IMG/VR virus record: IMGVR_UViG_3300025875_000013
Span: 4,583 to 68,582 of that record
Direction: 5' to 3' (one strand)
DNA: 64,000 bases
DNA from: a virus
Made by a program: the position numbers and the translations under genes
Notes under the pieces: model-generated
What the model saw: only the letters and a program-made list of their open reading frames with translations
Told to the model about the DNA's origin: nothing
The model's database searches: none
Part shown: in pieces, positions 1-9,504 of the stretch
Position numbering within the stretch: the stretch's first letter is position 1
Layout of the letters: every line of letters starts with the position of its first letter

Positions 1-72
1 AGCCGAAGTGTATTTAAACATGATTTATGGATAGAAAAAAGAGAGTTTTCCAAGTTTGAAGCGTGGGTAGAT

Positions 73-678
73 TTGTTACAAATGGCCTCTTTCGATCAGG
101 AAGAAAAAACCAAATTGGTAGGGCTTAATATATTAAAATGGGGACGGGGGCAATTACCTGCATCAGTGCGTTTTTTACAGGATCGATGGCAATGGAAGAG
201 CACAAAGCGCGTTTTTAACTTTCTTCAACTGCTCATCAATGAAAAGATGATAATCGTAAAAAAGGAAACAGGACAAAACATTATAACTATCTGTAAATAT
301 GATAATTACAACTCTATTTCAAAAACCGGGAAACGGCAGGGAAACGCGAAGGAAACGGCAGGGAAACGCGAAGGAAACGAAACTAATAAAGAAAATAAAG
401 AAAATAAAGAAAAGAATGATTATATCATTCCCGAAGGTTTTGACGATAGATGGAATAAATTTCAAACATGGGTGAAAGACCAGGATTTTAAATATGTGCC
501 GAAAATAGAAGAACAGCTTACCGCTACACAATTGAAAAACCTGATCGACAAAGTTAATGCCACGGTAATCAAAGATAAGCTACTGGCCTTAGAAAACGGG
601 GGTACAAAATACATAAAAAATAAATCGGTTTACCTGACCATAAACAATTGGATTAACAGAGATTTGCAGAATGGCTAA
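73..678 (+). CDS. hypothetical early protein; possible DNA-binding/replication organizer with internal low-complexity K/E/N stretch
   Basis: ORF sits immediately upstream of, and overlaps by 8 nt, the primase-helicase gene. It contains two 22-nt tandem repeats (330-373) and three copies of GAAAATAAA (390-416) that encode a low-complexity 'GKRQGNAKETAGKREGNETNKENKENKEKN' segment. No catalytic motif recognised. Confidence 0.3.
   Translation: MLQMASFDQEEKTKLVGLNILKWGRGQLPASVRFLQDRWQWKSTKRVFNFLQLLINEKMIIVKKETGQNIITICKYDNYNSISKTGKRQGNAKETAGKREGNETNKENKENKEKNDYIIPEGFDDRWNKFQTWVKDQDFKYVPKIEEQLTATQLKNLIDKVNATVIKDKLLALENGGTKYIKNKSVYLTINNWINRDLQNG
330..416 (+). repeat. short tandem repeats inside the first ORF (2 x 22 nt, then 3 x 9 nt)
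   Basis: GAAACGGCAGGGAAACGCGAAG twice (330-373) and GAAAATAAA three times (390-416). Confidence 0.6.
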
Positions 679-2632
679 TTACGAATATTGCACCCGCTTA
701 AACGATCGCGGCCACGTCATCAAAGAATCAGAAATGCAGATCACTCCTGTAGCCGAAGAAAGATATACTGGCATGTTTGGGTATGACAATTCAATCTATG
801 ACCATTTGGCTATTGCCAATTCTGTTTCCGGATTTAAAGGCAATTTTTTCTGTAAGTACGTGTATTTCGATATTGACTCAGACGATTTGGAGGAATCACA
901 CGAAATGGCAAAAAACTTTTGCCTGTTGCTGTACAACATGCTCAACATCAATCCGAAATGGTTATTTATTAGTTTTTCCGGCAACAAGGGTTTCCATATC
1001 GGCATACATCAAAACTTATTCGGCGGTATTGAACCTAGTAAAAATTTACCGCAAATAATCCGGGTATTGATTACTAAAATTCTTTGCGAATGCTTTGAAG
1101 TAACGATTAGCGATATCCAAGAAGCGGTATATAAGCGACCGGATAAAAAGAAAGTTTATAACCATATGGATTTAGGGATTTATAATGATAATCGTTTATT
1201 CCGGATTATTAACTCCCTTAACGCAAAAAGCAACTTGTATAAAATCGGATTAACGTATGAAGAACTTACTACGCTCAGCATTAACCAGATAAAAGACCTG
1301 GCTAAAACCGCTAAACCTTATCGCCCTGAAGTGCCGGCCAGTGCTTTGCAGGTTATCCCCGAATTAAAAGGATTGTTAATTGATTCAGTTAATTTCAATG
1401 TAGATGCTTATAATGGAAATTTTAAAGCTGAAAAGAAATCTAATACCGGTGCTATTTTTTACGCGCCGCATGAAGGAGGCCGAAATGACGCATTATTTTA
1501 TCAGGCCGCTTACTTGTTTGATAAGTCCGAATTGTATGAAGATCATATTTTGCAGATTATAGGGCTTATAAACGCTTCAAGTATAAAACCCTTACCAGAG
1601 TCCGAAATAAAGACGATCGTGCATTCTGCGTACAAACGGACGCTAAAAAACAAGGTCTATAAAGAAGTTCCCTTAAAGGAAATTGAAATTTATAACGATT
1701 GGTTAAATGAATGGGCGGAATATTATTCACAGGAACCCAAATCTTTTACTTACCTGTGCGATAAAATAGACCAGGATCAGGAAAGTAATTTCAGCGGCAA
1801 ACTGGCTTGTTTTATTGGGCAGGGCGGCACACGTAAAAGTTATTACGCGCTAAATATTGTAGCCCAAAACATCATTCATCACAACGCCCGGGCTATGTAT
1901 TCCAGCATGGAAATGGGAAAAGTAGAATTCGTAAACCGTGTGTTGGATATGACTTTTAGCCCCGAAAACGGCATTCCGGCCAGCAAGATTTGCCGAAATA
2001 ATTTAAAATCCGGCAAGGATAAATATTTACAGGTTTTAAAAAAGGCGATTACACATATTGATGACCGGCTTATTTTATCTTCAGTATCAGGCCGAACAAC
2101 AGAAAATTATTTAAAAGATTACAACAAAGCATTAGAACTGTACGGACAAATTGACTTTCTCATAGTGGATGGTTTAAGTATGATGGGCGGAACTGGCCCG
2201 GAAACGGAAAGGTTCGAAAAGCATACCAAAGAATTAAAAGGTTTAGCGAATGCGACCGGATTAAATATTATACTCATTTGCCATACTACCAAAGAGGCAA
2301 AACAATGGACGCGCGATAGTGCCCCGTTTGCCAGGGGATCGGGTAAAATATTTGATAATTGCGATTTTACAATTTCCTTTTCCAATTTAATAAACGATGC
2401 GGCCAGCACTCCGGAAAACATTGAATTTATGCCCTGCCTAGGCCATCTCAAATATTACAACAAAAGAGGCACAGGGTTAATGTTAAATCAGATTTATGAT
2501 TTTAGCGGAGTTACAAAGAAAATAACCGCCACAAACCATGATCCACGTCATTTCCCCGAATACGAAGCATTTGTAAAACAATACAATAAAAAACAAAGAT
2601 CAAAAGAGCCCATAGAACTAGATCCTTTTTAA
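671..2632 (+). CDS. bifunctional primase-polymerase (AEP/PrimPol N-terminus) fused to SF4/DnaB-like helicase
   Basis: N-terminal AEP motifs: 'FDIDSDD' (motif I, DxD), 'FSGNKGFHIGIH' (motif II, sGxGxH) and 'DNRLFRIINSLNAK' (motif III). C-terminal P-loop 'FIGQGGTRKS', Walker B 'FLIVDGLS' and 'ICHTTK', typical of RecA-fold replicative helicases. Confidence 0.7.
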   Translation: MANYEYCTRLNDRGHVIKESEMQITPVAEERYTGMFGYDNSIYDHLAIANSVSGFKGNFFCKYVYFDIDSDDLEESHEMAKNFCLLLYNMLNINPKWLFISFSGNKGFHIGIHQNLFGGIEPSKNLPQIIRVLITKILCECFEVTISDIQEAVYKRPDKKKVYNHMDLGIYNDNRLFRIINSLNAKSNLYKIGLTYEELTTLSINQIKDLAKTAKPYRPEVPASALQVIPELKGLLIDSVNFNVDAYNGNFKAEKKSNTGAIFYAPHEGGRNDALFYQAAYLFDKSELYEDHILQIIGLINASSIKPLPESEIKTIVHSAYKRTLKNKVYKEVPLKEIEIYNDWLNEWAEYYSQEPKSFTYLCDKIDQDQESNFSGKLACFIGQGGTRKSYYALNIVAQNIIHHNARAMYSSMEMGKVEFVNRVLDMTFSPENGIPASKICRNNLKSGKDKYLQVLKKAITHIDDRLILSSVSGRTTENYLKDYNKALELYGQIDFLIVDGLSMMGGTGPETERFEKHTKELKGLANATGLNIILICHTTKEAKQWTRDSAPFARGSGKIFDNCDFTISFSNLINDAASTPENIEFMPCLGHLKYYNKRGTGLMLNQIYDFSGVTKKITATNHDPRHFPEYEAFVKQYNKKQRSKEPIELDPF

Positions 2633-2792
2633 AACAAACAAATATGAGAAAATTTAAATGCGGAAAATGCGAAACAGGTATTATTTTATTAGCGACATTA
2701 GAATCTAAAAAATTTATTACGTGTAGAGTTTCGCGCTGCACTGATTGTAAATTCCAGTATGGAGTTAAAGGATTGACTAACCTAAAAGAAAT

Positions 2793-3014
2793 ATGAAAAT
2801 AAAAATAATTTACCCGGAAACCGCTGTTAGAAGTCTAGAATTAGTAGTATCAGAAGAATTTTACGAAAATATTCAAAACATGTGTATTGAAGAAAAAGCA
2901 GATTTTATTTATAAGGCTGTACAGGAAGATAGCTATGAAAATGCAGGCTGGACCAGCCGTAAGCTCATTATGGGCGCGCTAGATACGGATTATGCTACAA
3001 TAAAAAAGATTTGA
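2793..3014 (+). CDS. hypothetical phage protein
   Basis: Small ORF in a tightly packed same-strand early operon. No motif recognised. Confidence 0.25.
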   Translation: MKIKIIYPETAVRSLELVVSEEFYENIQNMCIEEKADFIYKAVQEDSYENAGWTSRKLIMGALDTDYATIKKI

Positions 3015-3017
3015 ACC

Positions 3018-3230
3018 ATGAATTATTCAAAACTTACCGCCAGACTTAGCAAAGAAGAAATAGGAGCCATATATATGAATTGGCTTGAAAGGCGATATTG
3101 CATTGTAAATAGGTATTGTAGTTTAAAAAGAGGTTGGCAAAATGATAAGGCTGTTAATTTAGCCCACGAATTACACATTCGCTTGATAAATTTAAGTAAT
3201 ATCTATGGTGTTGACGAATTGCCATTTTAA
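3018..3230 (+). CDS. hypothetical phage protein
   Basis: Small ORF starting 4 nt after the previous stop, in the same operon. Confidence 0.25.
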   Translation: MNYSKLTARLSKEEIGAIYMNWLERRYCIVNRYCSLKRGWQNDKAVNLAHELHIRLINLSNIYGVDELPF

Positions 3231-3350
3231 CATGACAGCGCAACAACTTATAACCTGGTGGGAGTGCGTACTCTACAACACAACCGATTTACAGGAAAGG
3301 GAGAGGATAAAGATTAGGATTATGAATATAGAATTTAACGGATATTAATT

Positions 3351-3557
3351 ATGAAAAAAGTCAAAGTAAATATAAGGGCCTCTCAAACAGTTCAATACGA
3401 TCAAATTATTGAAATGGATGAGGAGGAGTATATGCGATTGAGTTCTATATGGAGTAGCGATAAATTAGCTCAAGAACTTGAAAAATACACTGATACAACC
3501 GAAGTAACAGATGCCGACCAAATGGAAGATGGTGAAATCTACTTAGAGGAAGAATAG
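3351..3557 (+). CDS. hypothetical acidic protein
   Basis: Small ORF with an acidic C-terminus. Confidence 0.25.
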   Translation: MKKVKVNIRASQTVQYDQIIEMDEEEYMRLSSIWSSDKLAQELEKYTDTTEVTDADQMEDGEIYLEEE

Positions 3558-3559
3558 AT

Positions 3560-3745
3560 ATGAAAATAACACTTAAGGAGCCCCTTAAATTCTGTACAAA
3601 TCATTCCTGCCTGTTACGCTTAACCTGTCACCGCTATTTGTCCAGACCCAGCGAATTCAACCAAAGCTACACGCTGTTTGAGCCGGTTGATGGGAAATGT
3701 GAAAAATATTTGAAACACTTAGCCCTTGAATTATTACAACAATAA
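3560..3745 (+). CDS. hypothetical Cys-rich small protein
   Basis: 'CTNHSCLLRLTCHRY' plus a later Cys, zinc-ribbon-like. Start is 3 nt after the upstream stop. Confidence 0.25.
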   Translation: MKITLKEPLKFCTNHSCLLRLTCHRYLSRPSEFNQSYTLFEPVDGKCEKYLKHLALELLQQ

Positions 3746-3760
3746 CTACTTAGAAAAATT

Positions 3761-3979
3761 ATGAAGCAAGAATCATATAATTACAAAAATCTACCCAATC
3801 TGGATGAAATGACTAGAGATCAAGTAGTACCGTATTATCAAAATCTTATAGAAGTTGCTGTAGGCAATAACATGGATGAAGATATAAAAAATATAAATGC
3901 TAAAATTATAAAACGATGGTCTTTAGCAGCCTTAGAATATATCAAAAAGAAAGCCTGGAAAAACTTTGACCAACAATAA
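3761..3979 (+). CDS. hypothetical protein
   Basis: Small ORF. Its leader 'caacaataactacttagaaaaattatg' is repeated before the next ORF at 3966. Confidence 0.25.
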   Translation: MKQESYNYKNLPNLDEMTRDQVVPYYQNLIEVAVGNNMDEDIKNINAKIIKRWSLAALEYIKKKAWKNFDQQ

Positions 3980-4196
3980 CTACTTAGAAAAAATTATGAA
4001 AAGAATAAAAATAGAAGTCATTTATGAATATGTATTAGACATAGATGAATCAAATCATATTGTTAAAGAATATGAAGGAAGAGATGAATTAATTTCTGAT
4101 TTGGTAGCATATAGGTTCGATATCTTGCCAGTACTTGAAGAAGGAGTTAAGGTTGTTGATGTAGAACATGTTGACTGGAATTATATAGAAAAATAG
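3966..4196 (+). CDS. hypothetical protein
   Basis: Small ORF preceded by the same ~25-nt leader as the 3761 ORF, suggesting a local paralog pair. Confidence 0.25.
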   Translation: MTNNNYLEKIMKRIKIEVIYEYVLDIDESNHIVKEYEGRDELISDLVAYRFDILPVLEEGVKVVDVEHVDWNYIEK

Positions 4197-4198
4197 GA

Positions 4199-4594
4199 AT
4201 GAACAATACTAAACCCTTAACTCCGCAACTTACAGAAAAGCAGCTTGCTTTATACTTGGGATGTGAGGCAGAGCTTAAATATGATCCGACAGGAACCGGG
4301 AAAGTTGAGCTGTTGCGAACCAGCATTAAACCAATAACAGCAGATGTATTGGCCGAATTAGGAGTATATTATTCTGTTAAGCCCATTTTACGACGATTAG
4401 AGAGTATTACAGAAGAGGAAGTAGTAGAAGGCGGTTTTTATAAATATAAAGAAGCCGATCAATTTTTTGAAGAATGGGTTCAATCGTGGGTATCAAGAAT
4501 AAAAAAATTCACACCCAAACAATTTGCTTATCTCTTATCTAAAGGTTTTGACTTAAAACTATTTCCAGAAGGAACTTATATACTAAAAGATTAA
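4199..4594 (+). CDS. hypothetical protein
   Basis: 131-aa ORF in the same operon. No motif recognised. Confidence 0.3.
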   Translation: MNNTKPLTPQLTEKQLALYLGCEAELKYDPTGTGKVELLRTSIKPITADVLAELGVYYSVKPILRRLESITEEEVVEGGFYKYKEADQFFEEWVQSWVSRIKKFTPKQFAYLLSKGFDLKLFPEGTYILKD

Positions 4595-4598
4595 TACT

Positions 4599-4814
4599 AT
4601 GAATAGAGAAGATATTGTTAAAGTAAATTCAATTGTGCAAGTAAATGAAACTGGCCCGGAAGGATGGATAGGTTGTTTGTTGCAAGTATCAGAAGTTAAA
4701 TCGTTTGGTATACAAGGCTGGGTTCAAATGCCAAAGCAAGGGGCCGCTTATATTCGTATTAAATGGGAACAAATAGAATATATAGGTGACGCAATAATGA
4801 AACACCATGAATAA
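4599..4814 (+). CDS. hypothetical protein
   Basis: 71-aa ORF with stop/start overlap to the VRR-NUC gene. Confidence 0.25.
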   Translation: MNREDIVKVNSIVQVNETGPEGWIGCLLQVSEVKSFGIQGWVQMPKQGAAYIRIKWEQIEYIGDAIMKHHE

Positions 4815-5229
4815 ACCAATGAAAATATCTAATGCGGAGGGCCGCAAACTTTTAGCTAAACAACCGAAAAAACAAAACAATGAAGAGAGTGCTATGCAAA
4901 TTTCGTTTGTAAAATGGTTCCGCCTCACTTATCCTCAATATTCTAAACTTTTAGCCCATATCCCAAATGAAGGCAAAAGAAGCCCTAGGACAGGCGCTAA
5001 TTTAAAGAAACTTGGTATGCTCCCCGGTTGGCCTGATATTCAACTAATGATACCAAAAAGCACATTTAGTGGGCTGTTTATCGAAATGAAGGTAAAAGGC
5101 GGTAAGGTATCACCAAAGCAGGAAGAAATATTACTGGAGCTTCGAAAGGTAGGTTATTTCGCCCTGGTTGTCTGGGATCTAGAACGCGCCAAACAAGTTG
5201 TCATCGAATACTTAATGAGAAACGATTAA
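4807..5229 (+). CDS. VRR-NUC domain nuclease (PD-(D/E)xK fold)
   Basis: 'ISFVKWFRL...AHIPNEG...GWPDIQLMIP...GLFIEMKVKGGKVSPKQEE...LVVWD' matches the VRR-NUC pattern (hIPNEG, PD...ExK, 'sp.Q'). This domain is common in phage replication/recombination modules. Confidence 0.6.
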   Translation: MNKPMKISNAEGRKLLAKQPKKQNNEESAMQISFVKWFRLTYPQYSKLLAHIPNEGKRSPRTGANLKKLGMLPGWPDIQLMIPKSTFSGLFIEMKVKGGKVSPKQEEILLELRKVGYFALVVWDLERAKQVVIEYLMRND

Positions 5230-5494
5230 TGAACATTTAGGAATTAAGCCTGTATATATAGTGGAACATATCCTGGCGTTCTTGAAATAAAGTAGATATG
5301 CGACAGTCTAAAAAGCCTAAGAAGCTGTAATTATTATCTTATGCAGGAACATAAGCAGGGTTATTATTAATTTAAAGATAAAAAGCTAAAATGGGTGTTC
5401 TCATAGACATTCAGCCGCTGCCCGTAAGGGAGGTAATACCCGGCCCAAGTCGGTATAATGAGACGTAAATTAAGGCCGCGTTAGTGCCTTAAAT

Positions 5495-5567
5495 TGTCCG
5501 GTGGTGGAACTGGCAATACATCAGACTTTGATTCTGAAGATTCTAGGTTCGAAACCTAGTCGGACAA
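5495..5567 (+). tRNA. tRNA-Gln (anticodon UUG)
   Basis: Hand-folded cloverleaf of 73 nt. Acceptor TGTCCGG/TCGGACA (7 bp, one G-U). U8, A14, G18 G19, A21. D-stem GTGG/ATAC. Anticodon stem TCAGA/TCTGA with loop CTTTGAT (U33, UUG, A37). Variable AGAT. T-arm CTAGG-TTCGAAA-CCTAG with G53-C61. Discriminator A. No encoded CCA. Confidence 0.75.
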
Positions 5568-5660
5568 CTGCAAATATTTTTAGCCTAAATACAATAGATA
5601 ATCCAAACTATCCGTATATTTAGGCTGAACTGCTTATAAACAGCCTTTCCCGCTAAATTT

Positions 5661-6398
5661 ATGGGTAAACTTTTCACCATCCGCGAAATAAGATTTTTAG
5701 AAGAAAATTACCTCCAACAATCCGACGCCGACATGGCTAAAAACCTAAAGCGATCTGTTAGATCGGTAACGGAAAAGCGGAAACTGCTAAACCTGCACCG
5801 GGATTACCATTTTACCAAATCAGAGAAAACTTTTATCAAGGAAAACTACCAGACTTTAACGGACGCTCAAATCAGTGAAAACCTGCACCGGGGTATTTAT
5901 TCCATAGAAAGATACCGCCGGCGGAACAAATTATTTAAACGGCAAGGCATTTATAAAAAAACAGAACTTTGTAGTTATGCCGGAATGCGTAATATCCGGC
6001 ACCTACACGGAAATAACAAACTATATTCCTGTATCGTAACCCCGGATAATCAATGGCAGGCCGAACACGTTTACAGCTGGATTAAAAAGAACGGGCCGGT
6101 ACCGGATGGTATGATACTACGCTGCCGGGATGGCAATACGCTAAACACCAATCCCGACAACTGGCAGGCGGTAACCAGGAAAGAACATTTAGCCCTTTGT
6201 AAGTTAAATACAGATCAGGCCTTAGTAAATCAAAAAATGAGCGTTGCTATAAAAGACAAGTGGAACCGGGCTAAAATAATGGAAGCTAACGGACTGCCCA
6301 CGCGCTGCAAATACCGTTCGACTAAAAAAGTATGCAACCCCTCACCCGCCCCGGTTATTCACCGCATTAATACAACTGCCCAATTCGACTTTTTTTAA
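5661..6398 (+). CDS. free-standing HNH endonuclease with two N-terminal HTH-like repeats
   Basis: Two N-terminal repeats ('FTIREIRFLEENYLQQSDADMAKNLKRSVRSV' and 'FTKSEKTFIKENYQTLTDAQISENLHRGI'). C-terminal HNH-type motif 'AEHVYSW...CRDGNTLNTNPDNWQAVTRKEH'. Confidence 0.55.
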   Translation: MGKLFTIREIRFLEENYLQQSDADMAKNLKRSVRSVTEKRKLLNLHRDYHFTKSEKTFIKENYQTLTDAQISENLHRGIYSIERYRRRNKLFKRQGIYKKTELCSYAGMRNIRHLHGNNKLYSCIVTPDNQWQAEHVYSWIKKNGPVPDGMILRCRDGNTLNTNPDNWQAVTRKEHLALCKLNTDQALVNQKMSVAIKDKWNRAKIMEANGLPTRCKYRSTKKVCNPSPAPVIHRINTTAQFDFF

Positions 6399-6435
6399 CC
6401 TGCTTTTTGTATATTGAAATAGACAAAAAGCAAAG

Positions 6436-7779
6436 ATGCAGCTACAGGCGTTCCCGGTATACCCCTTAAAATCCCAACAGTTCCGGTTTACCTCTCCAAC
6501 AACGGATGTGGCAGGCTACGCCCTGTATGCGCCTGACAATGCCTTTCTCCCTTTTCGGGTAATAAAACCCGCCGACGGCCGGATATTCGCCTGCGTTACC
6601 GTGTTTGACCTCTTGGATCAGGAAATTACGACCATCGGCAAATCCGGCATGAACTGGAAAATGTTCAGCGATGGTAATTACGATTACGTTTACTATTTCG
6701 GAACTCCGATATCCGGACTTAACCTGCCCTGTGGTAAGTACTACTTACAGATAGGTTCTTATTATTCGGAAGTCTTTACCGTTGGGTCGGATATCAATAG
6801 CTTGCTCAAGCTCACCTGGCGTTCGGGGAAACCGGTAGGGAATCTTACTTACGTGCCGGGCTGGTATCAAACTGCGTACCTGAACAACGGTATCGATCAG
6901 CCGGAGTACCCGGTAGACGTTGCCTTTCAAACAAACGGTCTTAACCAGGATATTATCCAGACCGGCAAGGTAGCAAAAGTGTACCGCATCGTTACCGAAC
7001 CTTTACCGGAGTTCTTGACCGACGCCCTGTCCCTGTTGCCCTTACACAGCGAAATAAGCGTAGGCAGTATTACTGGAGTACAGAAAGTTGAGCTCAGACC
7101 GTCATACCTAGCACATGGGCTTAACCTTTCAAGTCTGGAAATTAAATTTACAGAGGAAGAAATATTTACCGGCGGCTGCAACAACGATTTGTTTACCGAA
7201 ATAAACGCTGATGGGGCGGGTAATTTACCCGGTTCCTGCGGCATCCAGGCTGATACCAGCGCGTATTGGGTGGATACCCCGAATTACACCTGTGAGAAAA
7301 CCAATGGCCAGAATACGGGCTACGCCAATCAGGAGCAAAAAGACCAGAACCCGGATTCGCCTACTTACGGACAAACCAGAACGGTAAGGATTGCCAGTAA
7401 TTTATGCCCGGTAGTAGTCGCTGTGTACAAAAATACTGAAATAATAGACTTTATCACCCGTAATAATTGCGAATACGGGTATGAGGGAGAACAGGTGTTG
7501 TATACTGTGCCCGCCGGACAATTTACCTCCACCGTTAGCCAACAAGAAGCCCAAAGCCAGGCGCAAGCGTATTTTGATGCCAACAAACAGGCCTATGCAA
7601 ATGAAAACGGTAGCTGTTTTATAAGCGAATGGGAGCCTGTATATAGCAAATCCGGTTGTTTTGATAACATCATGCAAAAAGGTAACCAGCGCCGCGCGGC
7701 TACGTCGACCGAAATAAAGCAATACGCAAGAGAGTTTGACGACGATGGTAACCCATGTCAGAACCTTAACGGATTATAA
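6436..7779 (+). CDS. hypothetical Cys-containing protein (possible virion/receptor-associated, uncertain)
   Basis: 447-aa ORF with several Cys pairs and a Q/A-rich 'SQQEAQSQAQAYFDANKQAYANENGSC' segment. One copy of the 36-nt repeat element lies inside it (7090-7125). Confidence 0.3.
   Translation: MQLQAFPVYPLKSQQFRFTSPTTDVAGYALYAPDNAFLPFRVIKPADGRIFACVTVFDLLDQEITTIGKSGMNWKMFSDGNYDYVYYFGTPISGLNLPCGKYYLQIGSYYSEVFTVGSDINSLLKLTWRSGKPVGNLTYVPGWYQTAYLNNGIDQPEYPVDVAFQTNGLNQDIIQTGKVAKVYRIVTEPLPEFLTDALSLLPLHSEISVGSITGVQKVELRPSYLAHGLNLSSLEIKFTEEEIFTGGCNNDLFTEINADGAGNLPGSCGIQADTSAYWVDTPNYTCEKTNGQNTGYANQEQKDQNPDSPTYGQTRTVRIASNLCPVVVAVYKNTEIIDFITRNNCEYGYEGEQVLYTVPAGQFTSTVSQQEAQSQAQAYFDANKQAYANENGSCFISEWEPVYSKSGCFDNIMQKGNQRRAATSTEIKQYAREFDDDGNPCQNLNGL
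7090..7125 (+). repeat. 36-nt conserved element copy C (GAGCTCAGACCGTCATACCTAGCACATGGGCTTAAC) inside the 6436 ORF
   Basis: 31 of 36 positions identical to copy A. In-frame within a coding region. Confidence 0.4.
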
Positions 7780-7844
7780 CGGTAAGCGAAATATTCTTTA
7801 TCTTTTAAGGGTATAAATATTTATTCAAACCCAAAAAAAGAAAC

Positions 7845-8393
7845 ATGGATCCAACCTGTGCCACCGGCTGTCTTGACGAAGAGTTAGTACTACCGGATTT
7901 TTTACAAGATGACTGCGTACCGGAGGTAAACTTCGGCCAGATTTCGGAGATATTCCTAGGAATACCCGGAAACTATTTTACAACCGGCAACCTGGCCGAA
8001 TGGACTGCCCGTTTAGCTGCTACGGATGCTACCCGGTTAATCCGTTTGCTGGTAATCGGCGACCGTCCCCGTTCTACCGCCGCCGCTCCTTTGGAGCTTT
8101 CCGGAGGCCGTAAAAAATCAGTTCCGCGTGATTTCACCATTAACGCGTCAATTGATGATGTGAACCCAACCAACCACGCCGCTATCCGTCAAATCCAGTG
8201 CGGTGGTAACTTCCAATTGTGGTATAAAACCCTGGACGGTAAATACTACTTCGGTGGATTACAAGGTATGCGCGCGTTTATCGACGGCGATATGGTTATT
8301 CCTAGAGAAAAGGCCGGTGCTATCACCTATGAATTAACCGTTACCTGGTCTGGTCAGTTCATGGAGGAGATGACTGCTTATCCTTTAGTTTAA
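7845..8393 (+). CDS. hypothetical protein
   Basis: 182-aa ORF followed by a strong intrinsic terminator. Confidence 0.3.
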   Translation: MDPTCATGCLDEELVLPDFLQDDCVPEVNFGQISEIFLGIPGNYFTTGNLAEWTARLAATDATRLIRLLVIGDRPRSTAAAPLELSGGRKKSVPRDFTINASIDDVNPTNHAAIRQIQCGGNFQLWYKTLDGKYYFGGLQGMRAFIDGDMVIPREKAGAITYELTVTWSGQFMEEMTAYPLV

Positions 8394-8410
8394 GCAACCC
8401 TTACACGCAT

Positions 8411-8440
8411 AAAAAGCCGCCTTAGTAAGGCGGCTTTTTA
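8411..8440. terminator. Rho-independent terminator (bidirectional hairpin)
   Basis: AAAAAGCCGCCTT-AGTA-AGGCGGCTTTTT: perfect GC-rich stem flanked by an A-run and a T-run. Confidence 0.65.
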
Positions 8441-8574
8441 TGTTTATACGCTAACTTCTTAACATTAAAATGTTGATAAATAATCTCATTATTTTGTCTA
8501 ACAATTTGCACAGTACAAACTTTATCTTTATATTTACGTATAAATAATAAAGAAACAATCTAAAGCAATTAGAC

Positions 8575-8976
8575 ATGGAAATTTACAGAGGTATCGCATT
8601 AAATGAAGGTGAAAATATTAACAATGAAAACTTAGGCTGTTCATGGTCTTTGTGTTCTGTTTTCGCAAAAAAACACGCTAGATCTATTGCAAAGGCTACA
8701 GGCAAAGAAGGTGTTATTGTTTTGACTGCTGAAATATCAGAAGACGCGATCGATATTGATAACACTTTGTACGCCATGGAAAAGCGGCCTTATGAGTATG
8801 AAGTAGTAGTAACTGGTTCATTGGTTTGTGAAGTTTGCTATTCTGAATTAGAAGAAATTGAAGAAGGTACTGAAATAGAAGGTTCAGTAGGGTATAACGA
8901 CTTTGAAGATTATAATAATAATTATGAAGGCAGTTTGACAATGCCTGATTTTTTAACCTTAGCTGATGAGTTTTAA
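8575..8976 (+). CDS. hypothetical acidic protein
   Basis: 133-aa ORF, strongly acidic, with Cys pairs 'CEVCYSE'. Confidence 0.3.
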   Translation: MEIYRGIALNEGENINNENLGCSWSLCSVFAKKHARSIAKATGKEGVIVLTAEISEDAIDIDNTLYAMEKRPYEYEVVVTGSLVCEVCYSELEEIEEGTEIEGSVGYNDFEDYNNNYEGSLTMPDFLTLADEF

Positions 8977-9280
8977 TATGAAAATGAAGTCCACAGACTA
9001 CTTGATAGCAGAAATTTCTGATAAGCTCATTAACTTGATGAGCGCAACATTTCCAGGTCGTCCTTATACTTGTTATGTTACCCGGTGGGACGACGATACC
9101 TTTAAGGTTATTGTAAGTTCAACTCTTTTTGACTTGCCCCAGCATGAAGCCATTAGACAGCCAGAATATAAAAAGTACGTGAAAGAGTATAAGTATTACG
9201 CAGACGAAATAACTTATACAGAACGTGAAGAAATCAAGACTGGCAACCCCAATATGCCGCTGGTTCAAGAAAATAAATAA
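8966..9280 (+). CDS. hypothetical protein
   Basis: 104-aa ORF overlapping the previous stop. Confidence 0.3.
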   Translation: MSFNMKMKSTDYLIAEISDKLINLMSATFPGRPYTCYVTRWDDDTFKVIVSSTLFDLPQHEAIRQPEYKKYVKEYKYYADEITYTEREEIKTGNPNMPLVQENK

Positions 9281-9288
9281 AAAAATAA

Positions 9289-9504
9289 ATGGAGCAAGTA
9301 ACGCCCCAATACATATTAGATCAGATGCAGGTTTTAGGCTTGCATCGGTCTGATTTGATGAAAGACCTGAAAATTAACGGACCCACTATTAGCTCGTATT
9401 TATCGGGCTATACCAATTTAAGCAAGGCCGGCAAGGCAATGTTTTATTATTATTTTAAATTTAAAAAGCTAGAAAATGACACAAGGACAGGTAGAGACCG
9501 CTGA
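9289..9504 (+). CDS. hypothetical protein
   Basis: 71-aa ORF. Confidence 0.2.
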   Translation: MEQVTPQYILDQMQVLGLHRSDLMKDLKINGPTISSYLSGYTNLSKAGKAMFYYYFKFKKLENDTRTGRDR

